From Alphaproteobacteria bacterium (GTDB lineage Bacteria > Pseudomonadota > Alphaproteobacteria > Rhizobiales > Beijerinckiaceae), in NCBI GenBank assembly GCA_021325385.1, contig JAJPHH010000202.1, positions 65,023-129,022 on the forward strand: a DNA stretch of 64,000 bases. Reading direction: 5' to 3'. The notes under the pieces are model-generated. The model was not told where the DNA came from. It worked only from the letters and a program-made list of their open reading frames with translations, and ran no database searches. The translations under genes were made by a program, and so were the position numbers. This document shows, in pieces, positions 26,889 through 35,517 of this stretch; positions within the stretch are counted from its first letter, which is position 1; every line of letters begins with the position of its first letter.

Positions 26889-27385
26889 ATGGCGACCGAC
26901 AGCAACGCTCTTCGCAAGATTTTCGTCACCGGGCTGCGAAACGCCCATGCGATGGAGGCTCAAGCCAACGAATTGCTCGAGCGCCAGATCGAGCGGCTCG
27001 ATGACTATCCCGAGCTGAAGACCCGACTCAAATCGCACCTCGAAGAAACTCACCGCCAGCAGGAGCGGCTCGACCGGATTCTCGGCGGCCTGGGCGAGTC
27101 GGCCTCGACGATCAAGGACACGGCCATGTCGCTGTTCGGCAATCTCGCCGCGGCGGGGCATATGCCGGCTCCTTCGCCAGCTTCGCCTTCGAGAATTACG
27201 AAACAGCCGCCTATAAATCTCTGATCTCGATTGCTGAATCCGCGGGCGCCAACGATGCGGTCGGGCCGCTGAAACAATCCTGCGCGGAAGAGGAGGCGAT
27301 GGCGTCTTGGCTGGACAGCCACCTGGACTCGGTAACCCGGGCCTACCTCAGCAAATCGATGCAATCGGAATCGGCGCGCGCCTGA
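26889..27385 (+). pseudogene. Frameshifted ferritin-like DUF892 gene (YciE-like)
   Basis: GLRNAHAMEAQA..SLFGNLAAAGHMPA in one frame; SFASFAFENYETAAYKSL..EEEAMASWL..SARA* continues in another frame from about 27170; the expected 'DEILKN'-like segment is absent. Confidence 0.85.
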
Positions 27386-27390
27386 ACTTT

Positions 27391-27425
27391 CGCAATCCGG
27401 GAGACGCGGAGGCTCCTGGATTGCG
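27391..27425. repeat. Hairpin resembling the inner stem of a CGTC-type palindromic repeat; possible terminator
   Basis: CGCAATCCGGGAG-N9-CTCCTGGATTGCG, 13-bp stem with one G-T pair. Confidence 0.5.
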
Positions 27426-27469
27426 TCCTCGCGAAGAAGGCCTGATCTCGCGCTGCTTGGCGGGAGAGC

Positions 27470-27495
27470 GGAACGCGCGTGTTTGAACTGGCGTT
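27470..27495 (+). promoter_or_regulatory. EcfG/SigT-type promoter for ppa
   Basis: GGAAC-N17-CGTT; it overlaps codon 27479, favouring the later start at 27536. Confidence 0.7.
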
Positions 27496-27535
27496 TAGCC
27501 GCTGCTTGCCGCCGAGCCGGCTCCGGAGAAAGACA

Positions 27536-28090
27536 TTGAGCGCCGCAATCGCCTCTCTCTCGACCTATGACGAAAATAGCGGCGATCTGCTTTGCGTGAT
27601 CGAAACGCCGAAAGGAAGCCGGAACAAATACAGCTTCAACGAGAAGCTGCGCGTCTTCGAATTGAAGAAGACGCTGCCGCGCGGCATGCTGTTTCCCTAC
27701 GATTTCGGCTTCATTCCCGCGACGGCGGCCGACGACGGCGACCCGCTCGACGCGCTGATCCTGCTGGACGAACCGGCCCCGATGGGCTGCGTCGTTCGCG
27801 TTCGCGCGATCGGCGCGATCGAGGCCCGGCAACGCGAAGGCAAGGGCGAATGGATGCGCAACGACCGCCTGATCGCCGTCGCGGTTCACGCCAAACTTCA
27901 TGCCGACGTAGAAAGCCTGAAGGACATCAAGCCAAGGCTCATCGATGAAATCGAGGCTTTCTTCCGCGACTACAATGAGCAAGAAGGCAAGGATTTCGAA
28001 GCCTTGAAGCGGAGCGGCCCGAAAGCGGCCGCGCGGCTGATCGAAGAGGCGCAGCAGCGCCGGAAATCCGGCGGTCCGCAGAAGGATTAG
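27536..28090 (+). CDS. ppa: Family I inorganic pyrophosphatase
   Basis: IETPKGSRNKY, PYDFGFIP, DGDPLD, NDRLIAV. Confidence 0.88.
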   Translation: MSAAIASLSTYDENSGDLLCVIETPKGSRNKYSFNEKLRVFELKKTLPRGMLFPYDFGFIPATAADDGDPLDALILLDEPAPMGCVVRVRAIGAIEARQREGKGEWMRNDRLIAVAVHAKLHADVESLKDIKPRLIDEIEAFFRDYNEQEGKDFEALKRSGPKAAARLIEEAQQRRKSGGPQKD

Positions 28091-28140
28091 CGGCGGCCGG
28101 AAAAGCCGATCAGCCGATCGCCGCGAGGCGGCGGCGATCG

Positions 28141-28165
28141 GGAACCTTCTGGCGCAGCAGGCATT
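28141..28165 (+). promoter_or_regulatory. Candidate EcfG/SigT promoter for the YdeP-like gene
   Basis: GGAAC-N16-CATT. Confidence 0.5.
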
Positions 28166-28193
28166 TACCGCGGTCACCGGGCGAGGCAGGCCT

Positions 28194-30467
28194 ATGGCGA
28201 GCGAAAGACGGGTCGTCGAATACAAGGGCGCGTCGGGCGGCTGGGGCTCGGTGCGCGGAATGAGTTCGACCTTGCTCAACGAGCGCGACGGACCGGCGGC
28301 GCTCGGCGAGTTGATGCGGCAGAACAAGCCCCGCGGTTTCATGTGCGTCTCTTGCGCGTGGGCCAAGCCGGCGGACTATCACGCATTCGAATTTTGCGAG
28401 AACGGCGCCAAAGCGACGCTGTGGGAGCTGACCAGCCGCCGCTGCACGCCGGAATTCTTCGCCAATCATACCGTGACCGAGCTACGCGGCTGGTCCGACC
28501 ACGATTTGGAGCAGACGGGCCGGCTGACCCAGCCGATGCGCTATGACGCAGCGAAAGACAAGTACGCGCCATGCTCATGGGACGATGCTTTCGCCGCGAT
28601 CGGCGCGGAGCTCAAAGCGCTCGATCCGAAATCGGCCGTCTTCTATACGTCCGGCCGCGCCGGTCTCGAAGCCGCCTATCTCTATGCGCTGTTTGCGCGG
28701 CTTTATGGGCACAATAATCTGCCGGATTGCTCGAACATGTGTCACGAGACGACTTCGGTCGGCTTGAAGAAAGTGATCGGCGTCGGCGTCGGGACGTGCG
28801 TCTACGAAGATCTGGTCCAGGCGGACGCGATGTTCTTCTTCGGCCAGAACCCGGGTTCGAACAGCCCGCGCCTGCTCCATCCGCTGCAAGACGCGGCGCG
28901 GCGCGGCGTCGAGATCGTCACGTTCAATCCGATCCGGGAAAAGGGCCTCGAAGTCTTTATCAATCCGCAAAATCCCGCCGAGATGCTGACCGGCAAGGAG
29001 ACGCGGATCAGCACCCAATATCATCAGGTCAAGCCAGGCGGCGACATCGCCGCGATCATGGGCCTGTGCAAATATGTCATCGCCGCCGACGACGCGGCCA
29101 AGGCGAAAGGCAAGCGCGTGCTCGACGCCGACTTCATCGAGCGGCACACGCATGGATTTGACGAATTCGCCGCCAAGGCGCGCGCGACGACCTGGGACGA
29201 GATCGAGACGGCTTCCGGCCTCCGACGCGCCGAGCTCGAAGCGGCCGGCGAGGTCTATGCGAGGTCGAGCCGCGTCATCTGCTTCTACGGAATGGGCTTG
29301 ACGCAGCAGGCGCATGGTTTCGAAAACGTCGCCATGCTGGTCAATCTCTTGATGCTGCGCGGCAATATCGGCCGCGACGGCGCCGGAATCGCGCCGGTGC
29401 GCGGCCACTCCAACGTACAAGGCCAGCGCACCGTCGGCATTACCGAAAAGCCCGAGCTTGTCCCTCTCGACAAATACGCCGCGCAATTCGGCTTCGAGCC
29501 GCCGCGCGAGATGGGCATGAACACGGTCGAAACATGCGAAGCGATCCTCGCCGGCAAGGTCAACGCCTTTATCGGGCTCGGCGGCAATTTCCTGCGCGCC
29601 GTCCCCGAGCGCGAAGCGATGGAGAAGGCGTGGCCGCGCCTGCGCCTCACCGTGCAGATCGCGACCAAGCTCAATCACAGCCATCTCGTCAACGGCGCGG
29701 TCGCCTATCTCCTGCCCTGTCTCGGCCGCAGCGAGGAGGACATTCAGGCCTCCGGCCCGCAAGCGGTCAGCACGGAGGACAGTTTCAGTACGATCCACGG
29801 CTCGATCGGCCGCCACAAGCCGGCGAGCCCCGATCTCAAATCCGAAGTCGCGATCGTCGCCGGCCTCGCCAAGGCGACCCTCCCGCCGAATCCCAAGGTG
29901 AAATGGGACGAATGGGTCGGCGACTATTCGCTCATCCGCGATCAGATTGCGGAGACTTACGCCGACGAGTTTCACGACTTCAACGCGCGGATGTTCCAGC
30001 CGGGCGGCTTTTACCGGGGCAATAAGGCGCGTGAACGCATCTTCAAGACCGAGAGCGGCAAGGCGGAATTCACGACGCCTGAAATGCTGAGCGCCGCCGG
30101 GTTCGATGACGCGCCCGGCCGGTATCGATTGATCACGATGCGCAGCAACGACCAGTTCAACACGACGATTTACGGCTTCAGCGACCGGCTGCGCGGCGTC
30201 GAAGGGACGCGGCAAGTCCTGCTGATGAATCCCGACGAAATCGAGCGCGCCGGTTTGCGCGAAGGCCAGATGGTCTCGCTGGTCAGCGACGCCGGCGACG
30301 GCGTTCATCGTCAAGCGGGTCCGTTGAAAGTCACGCCGTTCAAATTGCCCGACGGCTGCCTCGGCGCCTATTATCCCGAAATGAACCCTTTGGTGCCGCT
30401 GTCGCATCACGACCGCCAATCGAAAACCCCGGCCGGCAAAGCCGTTCCCGTCAGGATCATCGCTTAG
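28194..30467 (+). CDS. FdhF/YdeP family molybdopterin oxidoreductase
   Basis: GGWGS, C-SCAW, FEFCENGAK, NLPDCSNMCHE, PVRGHSNVQG, RSNDQFNTTIYG. Confidence 0.92.
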   Translation: MASERRVVEYKGASGGWGSVRGMSSTLLNERDGPAALGELMRQNKPRGFMCVSCAWAKPADYHAFEFCENGAKATLWELTSRRCTPEFFANHTVTELRGWSDHDLEQTGRLTQPMRYDAAKDKYAPCSWDDAFAAIGAELKALDPKSAVFYTSGRAGLEAAYLYALFARLYGHNNLPDCSNMCHETTSVGLKKVIGVGVGTCVYEDLVQADAMFFFGQNPGSNSPRLLHPLQDAARRGVEIVTFNPIREKGLEVFINPQNPAEMLTGKETRISTQYHQVKPGGDIAAIMGLCKYVIAADDAAKAKGKRVLDADFIERHTHGFDEFAAKARATTWDEIETASGLRRAELEAAGEVYARSSRVICFYGMGLTQQAHGFENVAMLVNLLMLRGNIGRDGAGIAPVRGHSNVQGQRTVGITEKPELVPLDKYAAQFGFEPPREMGMNTVETCEAILAGKVNAFIGLGGNFLRAVPEREAMEKAWPRLRLTVQIATKLNHSHLVNGAVAYLLPCLGRSEEDIQASGPQAVSTEDSFSTIHGSIGRHKPASPDLKSEVAIVAGLAKATLPPNPKVKWDEWVGDYSLIRDQIAETYADEFHDFNARMFQPGGFYRGNKARERIFKTESGKAEFTTPEMLSAAGFDDAPGRYRLITMRSNDQFNTTIYGFSDRLRGVEGTRQVLLMNPDEIERAGLREGQMVSLVSDAGDGVHRQAGPLKVTPFKLPDGCLGAYYPEMNPLVPLSHHDRQSKTPAGKAVPVRIIA

Positions 30468-30551
30468 GCGAAGCCGAAAGTTGATCTATCTCGTCGCGGA
30501 AGCGTCCCCGAAGGCGTGGCCTCGGGGCGATGATGCGCGGAGCTTGGAGCG

Positions 30552-32087
30552 ATGGACGGACGGGACCAACCTACCGAGACCGAACTGAAGCTGAATTTTC
30601 CGCCCGAGGCCGAGGCCGTCTTGGCGGGCCATCCAGCCTTGCGCTCCGCCAGCGCCGGCCCGCCGGAGAAGCGGCGCATCGTCACGACCTATTTCGATAC
30701 CACGAGCGAAGCGCTGAAGGCGCGCGGCCTGTCGCTGCGCGTGCGTCGCGCCGATTCAGAGCGCGTTCAGACCGTCAAGGTCGATGGGGATGGCGGCCTT
30801 GCCGCGTCGCGCGGCGAATGGGAATGGCCGATCCAGGACGAGCGGCCGGATTTGACTTTGCTTGAAAAAACGCCCGCCGCCGAGCGGCTGCCGCCTCTCG
30901 CCGCCAACGACCTGCAACCGGTCCTCGTCACGGACGTGGTCAGGACCCAGCGCAGGCTGCGCTTGGAGAACAACGCCATTGTCGAAGCCGCTTTCGATCG
31001 CGGCTCGATCATCGCCGGCGACGCTCGAGCGCCGATCTGCGAGTTGGAGCTCGAATTGCGCGAGGGAGAGGCCGGGCCTCTCTATCGACTGGCGCTCCAA
31101 CTCCACCAGGCGACGCCGCTGACGCTCGGGGTCGAGAGCAAAGCGGCGCGAGGCTATCGCCTGCGCAGCGGCGCAGCGCCGCATGCAAAGACCGCTCGGC
31201 CGCCGAAACTCGACCCGAAGATCGGCGCCGCCGCCGCCTTTCGCGATATTGTCGTGTCCGAACTCGGCGACCTGATCGCCAATCAGCCCGCGGCCCATGC
31301 CGGCGACGCCGAAGGCGTTCACCAGATGCGGGTCGGGATCCGCCGGTTGCGCTCGGCCTTGATGCTGTTTGCGCCTTATCTCGAGCCAAAGGCCGCGAAG
31401 CGGTTTCAAGCGGAATTGCAGCGAACCGGCCGACGCTTCGGCGAAGCGCGCGATTGGGACGTGTTTTGCCTCGAAGCTTTGCCCGCAGCCCTCGATCGCG
31501 CCGAGAATATCGGCTGGATCGATCTGTTGCGGCCGCCGGCGCAAATGCGCCGCGACGCGGCGCATGCCGAATTCGTTCGCGCGCTCGACGATCCGGCCTT
31601 TACGGCGCTCGTGCTCGGGCTCGCGGCCTGGGCGGAGGACGGATGCGCGCATGATCGGCTTGCCGGCGACAAGGCGCTGCGCCGGCCGCTCGCCCGGATC
31701 GCGCCCAAGCTGCTCGACCGCCTTTATCGCAAGGTCGAGCGTCGCGGCGGCGATGTCGAAAAGCTGGGCGATCAAGAGCTTCACGCGCTGCGCAAATCGC
31801 TGAAGAAGCTCCGTTACGGCGTCGAATATCTCGCTTCGCTCTATCCGCAGAAGGCGGTGAAGGCCTATGTCAAGCGGTGCAAGGCGTTGCAAAAGAGCTT
31901 GGGCGCGATCAACGACGCAGCGACCGCGATCCGCCTGGCGGAGGGATTGAGCGAGGGCGGCCGCGCCGATCTCGCCGGCGCCGTCGGCGCGCTCGCGCGC
32001 AGCGTCGACCGGCCCAAGCGCAAAGCGATGAAGAGCCTATCCAAGAAATGGCGCGCCTTCGATGACGAGCCGCGCTTCTGGAGATAA
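30552..32087 (+). CDS. CYTH plus CHAD domain protein
   Basis: ETELK, YFDT, LRVR, QTVK, ELELEL (CYTH); VHQMRVGIRRLRS, LH-LRK--KKLRY, LG-IND (CHAD). Confidence 0.92.
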   Translation: MDGRDQPTETELKLNFPPEAEAVLAGHPALRSASAGPPEKRRIVTTYFDTTSEALKARGLSLRVRRADSERVQTVKVDGDGGLAASRGEWEWPIQDERPDLTLLEKTPAAERLPPLAANDLQPVLVTDVVRTQRRLRLENNAIVEAAFDRGSIIAGDARAPICELELELREGEAGPLYRLALQLHQATPLTLGVESKAARGYRLRSGAAPHAKTARPPKLDPKIGAAAAFRDIVVSELGDLIANQPAAHAGDAEGVHQMRVGIRRLRSALMLFAPYLEPKAAKRFQAELQRTGRRFGEARDWDVFCLEALPAALDRAENIGWIDLLRPPAQMRRDAAHAEFVRALDDPAFTALVLGLAAWAEDGCAHDRLAGDKALRRPLARIAPKLLDRLYRKVERRGGDVEKLGDQELHALRKSLKKLRYGVEYLASLYPQKAVKAYVKRCKALQKSLGAINDAATAIRLAEGLSEGGRADLAGAVGALARSVDRPKRKAMKSLSKKWRAFDDEPRFWR

Positions 32088-32105
32088 CGACTCGCTTCGC
32101 GAACC

Positions 32106-32684
32106 TCACCTGTAATGGTCGCGCTGCGGGACGAGCCTGCCCGAATTGGCCTTGAGGCCGCGGACCAACTCCTCGAGATAGGGCAGCAGTTCGAAAAGAA
32201 GGATGGCCGTCAGGACTGAGGCGATGTAGGCGACAGGCAGCGATTGCGGCTTCGGCGCAAGCCCGAACCGCGCCGACTCCGCGCCGAAGCCGAACAAGGC
32301 GACGAATTGGCCCCAATGCAGCGAGATGACGCACAAGATCGCGGTTAGAGGGATCATCTCCAGAAAACTATGCACATGCTGCTCGATGGGCGTCACGACG
32401 CGGGTCGAGGTCGCATAGCTCACGTCCCAGAGCGCCGTCGCTTCATGGATGAAGAAGGCGGCGATCATGACGGCGATGACCAGCGCGTTAACCTCGAAGA
32501 ACAGCGCCAAGATCAGCGGCGCGCCCGCTTCCGCGAACATCAGCAGATGGATGAGCGATTCCTTGGGCCCGGCCGTCGTCTCGATCTTGGCGGCGCGATG
32601 GCAGAGCCAATCGGCGAAGCCGGCGAGAAGCCAGATCGGCAGGACGAAATACATCAGGATCAGGACGGTCGGATCGGACAGCAT
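32106..32684 (-). CDS. Conserved membrane protein of unknown function
   Basis: AAGGAG RBS; ADWLCHR, KESLIH, EQHVHSFLE; multiple TM helices. Confidence 0.75.
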   Translation of the reverse strand: MLSDPTVLILMYFVLPIWLLAGFADWLCHRAAKIETTAGPKESLIHLLMFAEAGAPLILALFFEVNALVIAVMIAAFFIHEATALWDVSYATSTRVVTPIEQHVHSFLEMIPLTAILCVISLHWGQFVALFGFGAESARFGLAPKPQSLPVAYIASVLTAILLFELLPYLEELVRGLKANSGRLVPQRDHYR

Positions 32685-32738
32685 TTGATCCCGCTCCTTC
32701 AGCGCGACCGCGCTCACGCCGTCGCCGGCGCGCCGTGG

Positions 32739-32849
32739 GCGCCAGGCGGCGGCCCAATCCCAGGTCGCGCCGCCGATGGCGCGGATATATTGCTGGGCGT
32801 AGGCTTTCGCGTCCGGCCCTTTGGAGTCATGGTCTCTTGGATTCGGCAT
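32739..32849 (-). pseudogene. Fragment of a GMC-family flavoprotein sugar dehydrogenase, in frame with the downstream membrane-protein gene
   Basis: KGPDAKAYAQQYIRAIGGATWDWAAAWR resembles the conserved 'QYIR-VGGTTWHWAA-AWR' block. Confidence 0.65.
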
Positions 32850-32882
32850 GCGCCCGGCTGACGCGCGAAGAACGCCGACGGA

Positions 32883-32907
32883 AACGTAGCAACGAAAAAC
32901 CAGTTCC
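32883..32907 (-). promoter_or_regulatory. EcfG/SigT-type promoter upstream of the GMC remnant / membrane protein
   Basis: Exact GGAAC-N16-CGTT on the minus strand. Confidence 0.72.
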
Positions 32908-33063
32908 CTCTCCGGCGCGCGATTTGCCGCAAGGGACCGCGCCGCTCGGGCGGCGATCGCGCAAATTTCGCCGATCACAAGATCGAGAGGCGGGCTTGAC
33001 GGGGCCGACGCGCGATCGCCAGCGTCGATGGCGCTTTGCGATCGCACGGACAGACGCTCAGCG

Positions 33064-33243
33064 ATGGATTCTGACGAGGACAAACACGGGCAAAGTCCGA
33101 GCCGGGCGAGCATCGCCGCGATCATCTTCGTGGTCTTGATCGTCGCCGGCTGCGTCTGGCTGTTCGAAAAGCTCAGCGCCGCCAATGACGAATTGAACTG
33201 CGTCGCCTCCGGCCGGCGCAATTGCGATCAGCTTAACCAGTAG
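33064..33243 (+). CDS. Small single-TM protein with C-terminal C-x3-GRRNC motif (59 aa)
   Basis: Hydrophobic helix followed by NCVASGRRNC. Confidence 0.6.
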   Translation: MDSDEDKHGQSPSRASIAAIIFVVLIVAGCVWLFEKLSAANDELNCVASGRRNCDQLNQ

Positions 33244-33252
33244 TCGCGCCCG

Positions 33253-33732
33253 TCAGGCGCTTTTCGGCCTTTTGGGAGAACGGACGGGACGCGCCGACGC
33301 ATTCAGCGCCGCGGCGGCGCGAATGAGCGCCTTGAACGCCTTTTCGTTGATCTTGTCCCCCTCATGGAAATCGATGGCGCGCCGCGCGGCGCCGTCGAGG
33401 CTCGAATTGAAGAGGCCGGCCGGGTCGTCCAAAGCGGCGCCCTTGATGAAGGTCAGCTTCACCGCGTTCTTATAGGTCTCGCCGGTGCAGAGGATGCCGG
33501 CATGCTCCCAGACCGGAACGCCGAACGGGTTCGACGGCTTTCGCCATTTCACCTCTTCGACCACGTCCGGGCAGGCCTCCTTGATCAGGCGCCGAACCAG
33601 CGCCAGCGTCTCGCCTCGCCAATCGCCCAGCGCTTGGATGCGGGCGTCGATCAGCCGGGAGGGAGATGCGTCCTCGCTTGCGCTCGTCGCGGCGGTCTTC
33701 ATCTGTCTGGTCGGCATTGTCGCTTTCTTCAC
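33253..33732 (-). CDS. DUF1801 (YdhG-like) domain protein
   Basis: DWRGETL, VVEEVKW, GETYK--VKLTF-KGA, RRAID. Confidence 0.88.
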   Translation of the reverse strand: MKKATMPTRQMKTAATSASEDASPSRLIDARIQALGDWRGETLALVRRLIKEACPDVVEEVKWRKPSNPFGVPVWEHAGILCTGETYKNAVKLTFIKGAALDDPAGLFNSSLDGAARRAIDFHEGDKINEKAFKALIRAAAALNASARPVRSPKRPKSA

Positions 33733-33934
33733 AACGTCTCGGCTTTGCCGCCCATCGTAAGGGAAGACTCGGCGCAGAGGAATTCCCTCGGATTGCCGTC
33801 GCGCGCTTGTCGACGCCGCCCCCGCCCTGCCCTTTCAAAGAGCCGCCGCGCGCAGCCGGGTTCAAGCGAGCGTGCAGCAACCCGGAGCCGCGCGCCTAGC
33901 GCGCCGAGCCAGGCTTAAGAATTTTTCGCCCGCA

Positions 33935-33961
33935 TGTCACACCGGCGGCGCCTGCCTCGTC
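33935..33961 (+). promoter_or_regulatory. ECF41 (SigJ)-dependent promoter
   Basis: Exact TGTCACA-N16-CGTC directly upstream of the CMD-sigJ operon. Confidence 0.8.
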
Positions 33962-33994
33962 TTGACGTCGGAACCTGGAGCAAGGAGCCCAACC

Positions 33995-34471
33995 ATGACC
34001 GCCAAACTCGATCCCTTCGCCGCCGCCCCGCAGCAGATGAAGGCCTGGCTGACGACATCGATGGCCGTCGCCGGCAGCCTCGATCCGACTCTCGTGCATC
34101 TCGTCGAGATTCGCGCCTCCCAGATCAATGGTTGCGCCAATTGCATCAACATGCATGCGGCGGACGCGCGCGAGAAAGGCGAGACCGAGCAGCGCATCTA
34201 TCTGCTCTCGGCCTGGCGCGAGGCCCCGTGCTACACCGACCGCGAGCGCGCCGCGCTCGGCTGGACCGAGGCGCTGACGCGGCTCTCGGAAAGGCCGGAG
34301 CTGGAGCGCGCCTACGAAGCGCTGAAGGCGCATTTTAGCGAGGAGGAGCAGGTCAAGATCACGCTGATGATCAACGTCATCAATGGCTGGAACCGCATCG
34401 CGGTCGGGTTCGGCCTGTTCGCCGATCCGGCGGCGGCGAAGGCCACGGCCGCCAAGGCGGTCGCCGCGTGA
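33995..34471 (+). CDS. Carboxymuconolactone decarboxylase / AhpD-like protein
   Basis: RASQINGCANCINMH (CxxC), WRE---Y, INGWNRI; AAGGAG RBS. Confidence 0.92.
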   Translation: MTAKLDPFAAAPQQMKAWLTTSMAVAGSLDPTLVHLVEIRASQINGCANCINMHAADAREKGETEQRIYLLSAWREAPCYTDRERAALGWTEALTRLSERPELERAYEALKAHFSEEEQVKITLMINVINGWNRIAVGFGLFADPAAAKATAAKAVAA

Positions 34472-35328
34472 CGACGGACGTCGGCCGCGCGGACGCGGCG
34501 GCGACATTCGACCCGCTGCGTCCCAAGCTCATGCGCGTCGCCTACCGCATGCTCGGCTCCGTGGCCGATGCCGAGGACATGTTGCAGGAGGCCTTCATCC
34601 GCTGGCTGCGGACCGACCGCGGCGCTGTGCGCGAGCCGGAGGCCTTCCTGCGCCGCACGGTCACGCGCCTCTGTCTCGACCAGCTCAAGTCGGCGCAGCG
34701 CCAGCGCGAGACCTATATCGGTCCGTGGCTGCCCGAGCCGATTGTCGAAGAGGAGGCCGACGAGGACGTCACGCTGCCGCTGATGCTCGCGCTCGAACGC
34801 CTCTCGCCGCTCGAGCGCGCCGCCTTCCTGCTGCACGACGTGTTCGGGCTCGGCTTCGAGGAGGTCGCCGCGACGATCGGCCGCGAGGAGGCCGCCTGCC
34901 GCAAGCTCGCGGCGCGCGCCCGCGACCATGTCCGCGAGGCGCGGCCGCGCTTCAAAGTCGAGAAGCAGCGCGGCCTCGAGATCGCGCAAGCCTTCTTCGC
35001 CGCCTCGCGCGACGGCGACATGAAGGCGCTCGGCGCCATGCTCGCGGCCGACGTCTCGAGCCACGCCGATGGCGGCGGCAAGCGCCCGGCGGCCATGCAG
35101 CCGATCCTCGGCTTCGACGCGGTGATGAAGGTTTTTGCGACTCTGGCGGGGCTGTTCCGCGAGCACCGCTCGCAACTCGTCCGCGTCGGCTTCATCAACG
35201 GCCTGCCGGGATTCGTCACGCTGGAGGCCGACGGCGAGCTGCAGGCGACGGCGCTGGATATCGAGGACGGGAAGGTGACGGCGATCTATGTCGTGCGGAA
35301 TCCGGATAAGCTCAGGCATCTGCATTAG
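34468..35328 (+). CDS. sigJ: ECF41-group RNA polymerase sigma factor with SnoaL-like C-terminal extension
   Basis: AYRMLGS--DAED, YIGPWLPEP, DGGGK, RNPDKL motifs. Confidence 0.92.
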   Translation: MTTDVGRADAAATFDPLRPKLMRVAYRMLGSVADAEDMLQEAFIRWLRTDRGAVREPEAFLRRTVTRLCLDQLKSAQRQRETYIGPWLPEPIVEEEADEDVTLPLMLALERLSPLERAAFLLHDVFGLGFEEVAATIGREEAACRKLAARARDHVREARPRFKVEKQRGLEIAQAFFAASRDGDMKALGAMLAADVSSHADGGGKRPAAMQPILGFDAVMKVFATLAGLFREHRSQLVRVGFINGLPGFVTLEADGELQATALDIEDGKVTAIYVVRNPDKLRHLH

Positions 35329-35394
35329 GGGGGACTTGGCTGGGTCGAGCGACCGCGCCTTCGATGCCGCCCTATTCTCTCTTAAAGCTGCCTT

Positions 35395-35423
35395 TTCAAT
35401 TTACTTACAGCTTATGTTAAAAT
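35395..35423 (+). promoter_or_regulatory. Candidate sigma70 promoter of the low-GC three-gene island
   Basis: TTCAAT-N17-TAAAAT with extended -10 TG (TGTTAAAAT). Confidence 0.55.
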
Positions 35424-35517
35424 GTCAGGACTGACGCCGGATAAATACGCCCGTAGGCTGGCTACAAACATTTAGGATTTCTTGCTACCTTCTCGCGTTC
35501 CAGCGATCGAACCGCAC

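Noticed and set aside
30481-30494. TTGAT half-sites here and at 49812 as possible FNR/FixK boxes
   Set aside because: Second half-site ATCAA is absent in both
32106-32684. Labelling this membrane protein as a diguanylate cyclase, a name I recall being attached to similar proteins
   Set aside because: No GGDEF motif or domain in the sequence
33849-33897. GC-rich hairpin (CCGGGTT...AACCCGG flanked by GCGCGC)
   Set aside because: Single copy, short stem, no U-tract; cannot distinguish a repeat remnant from chance in GC-rich DNA
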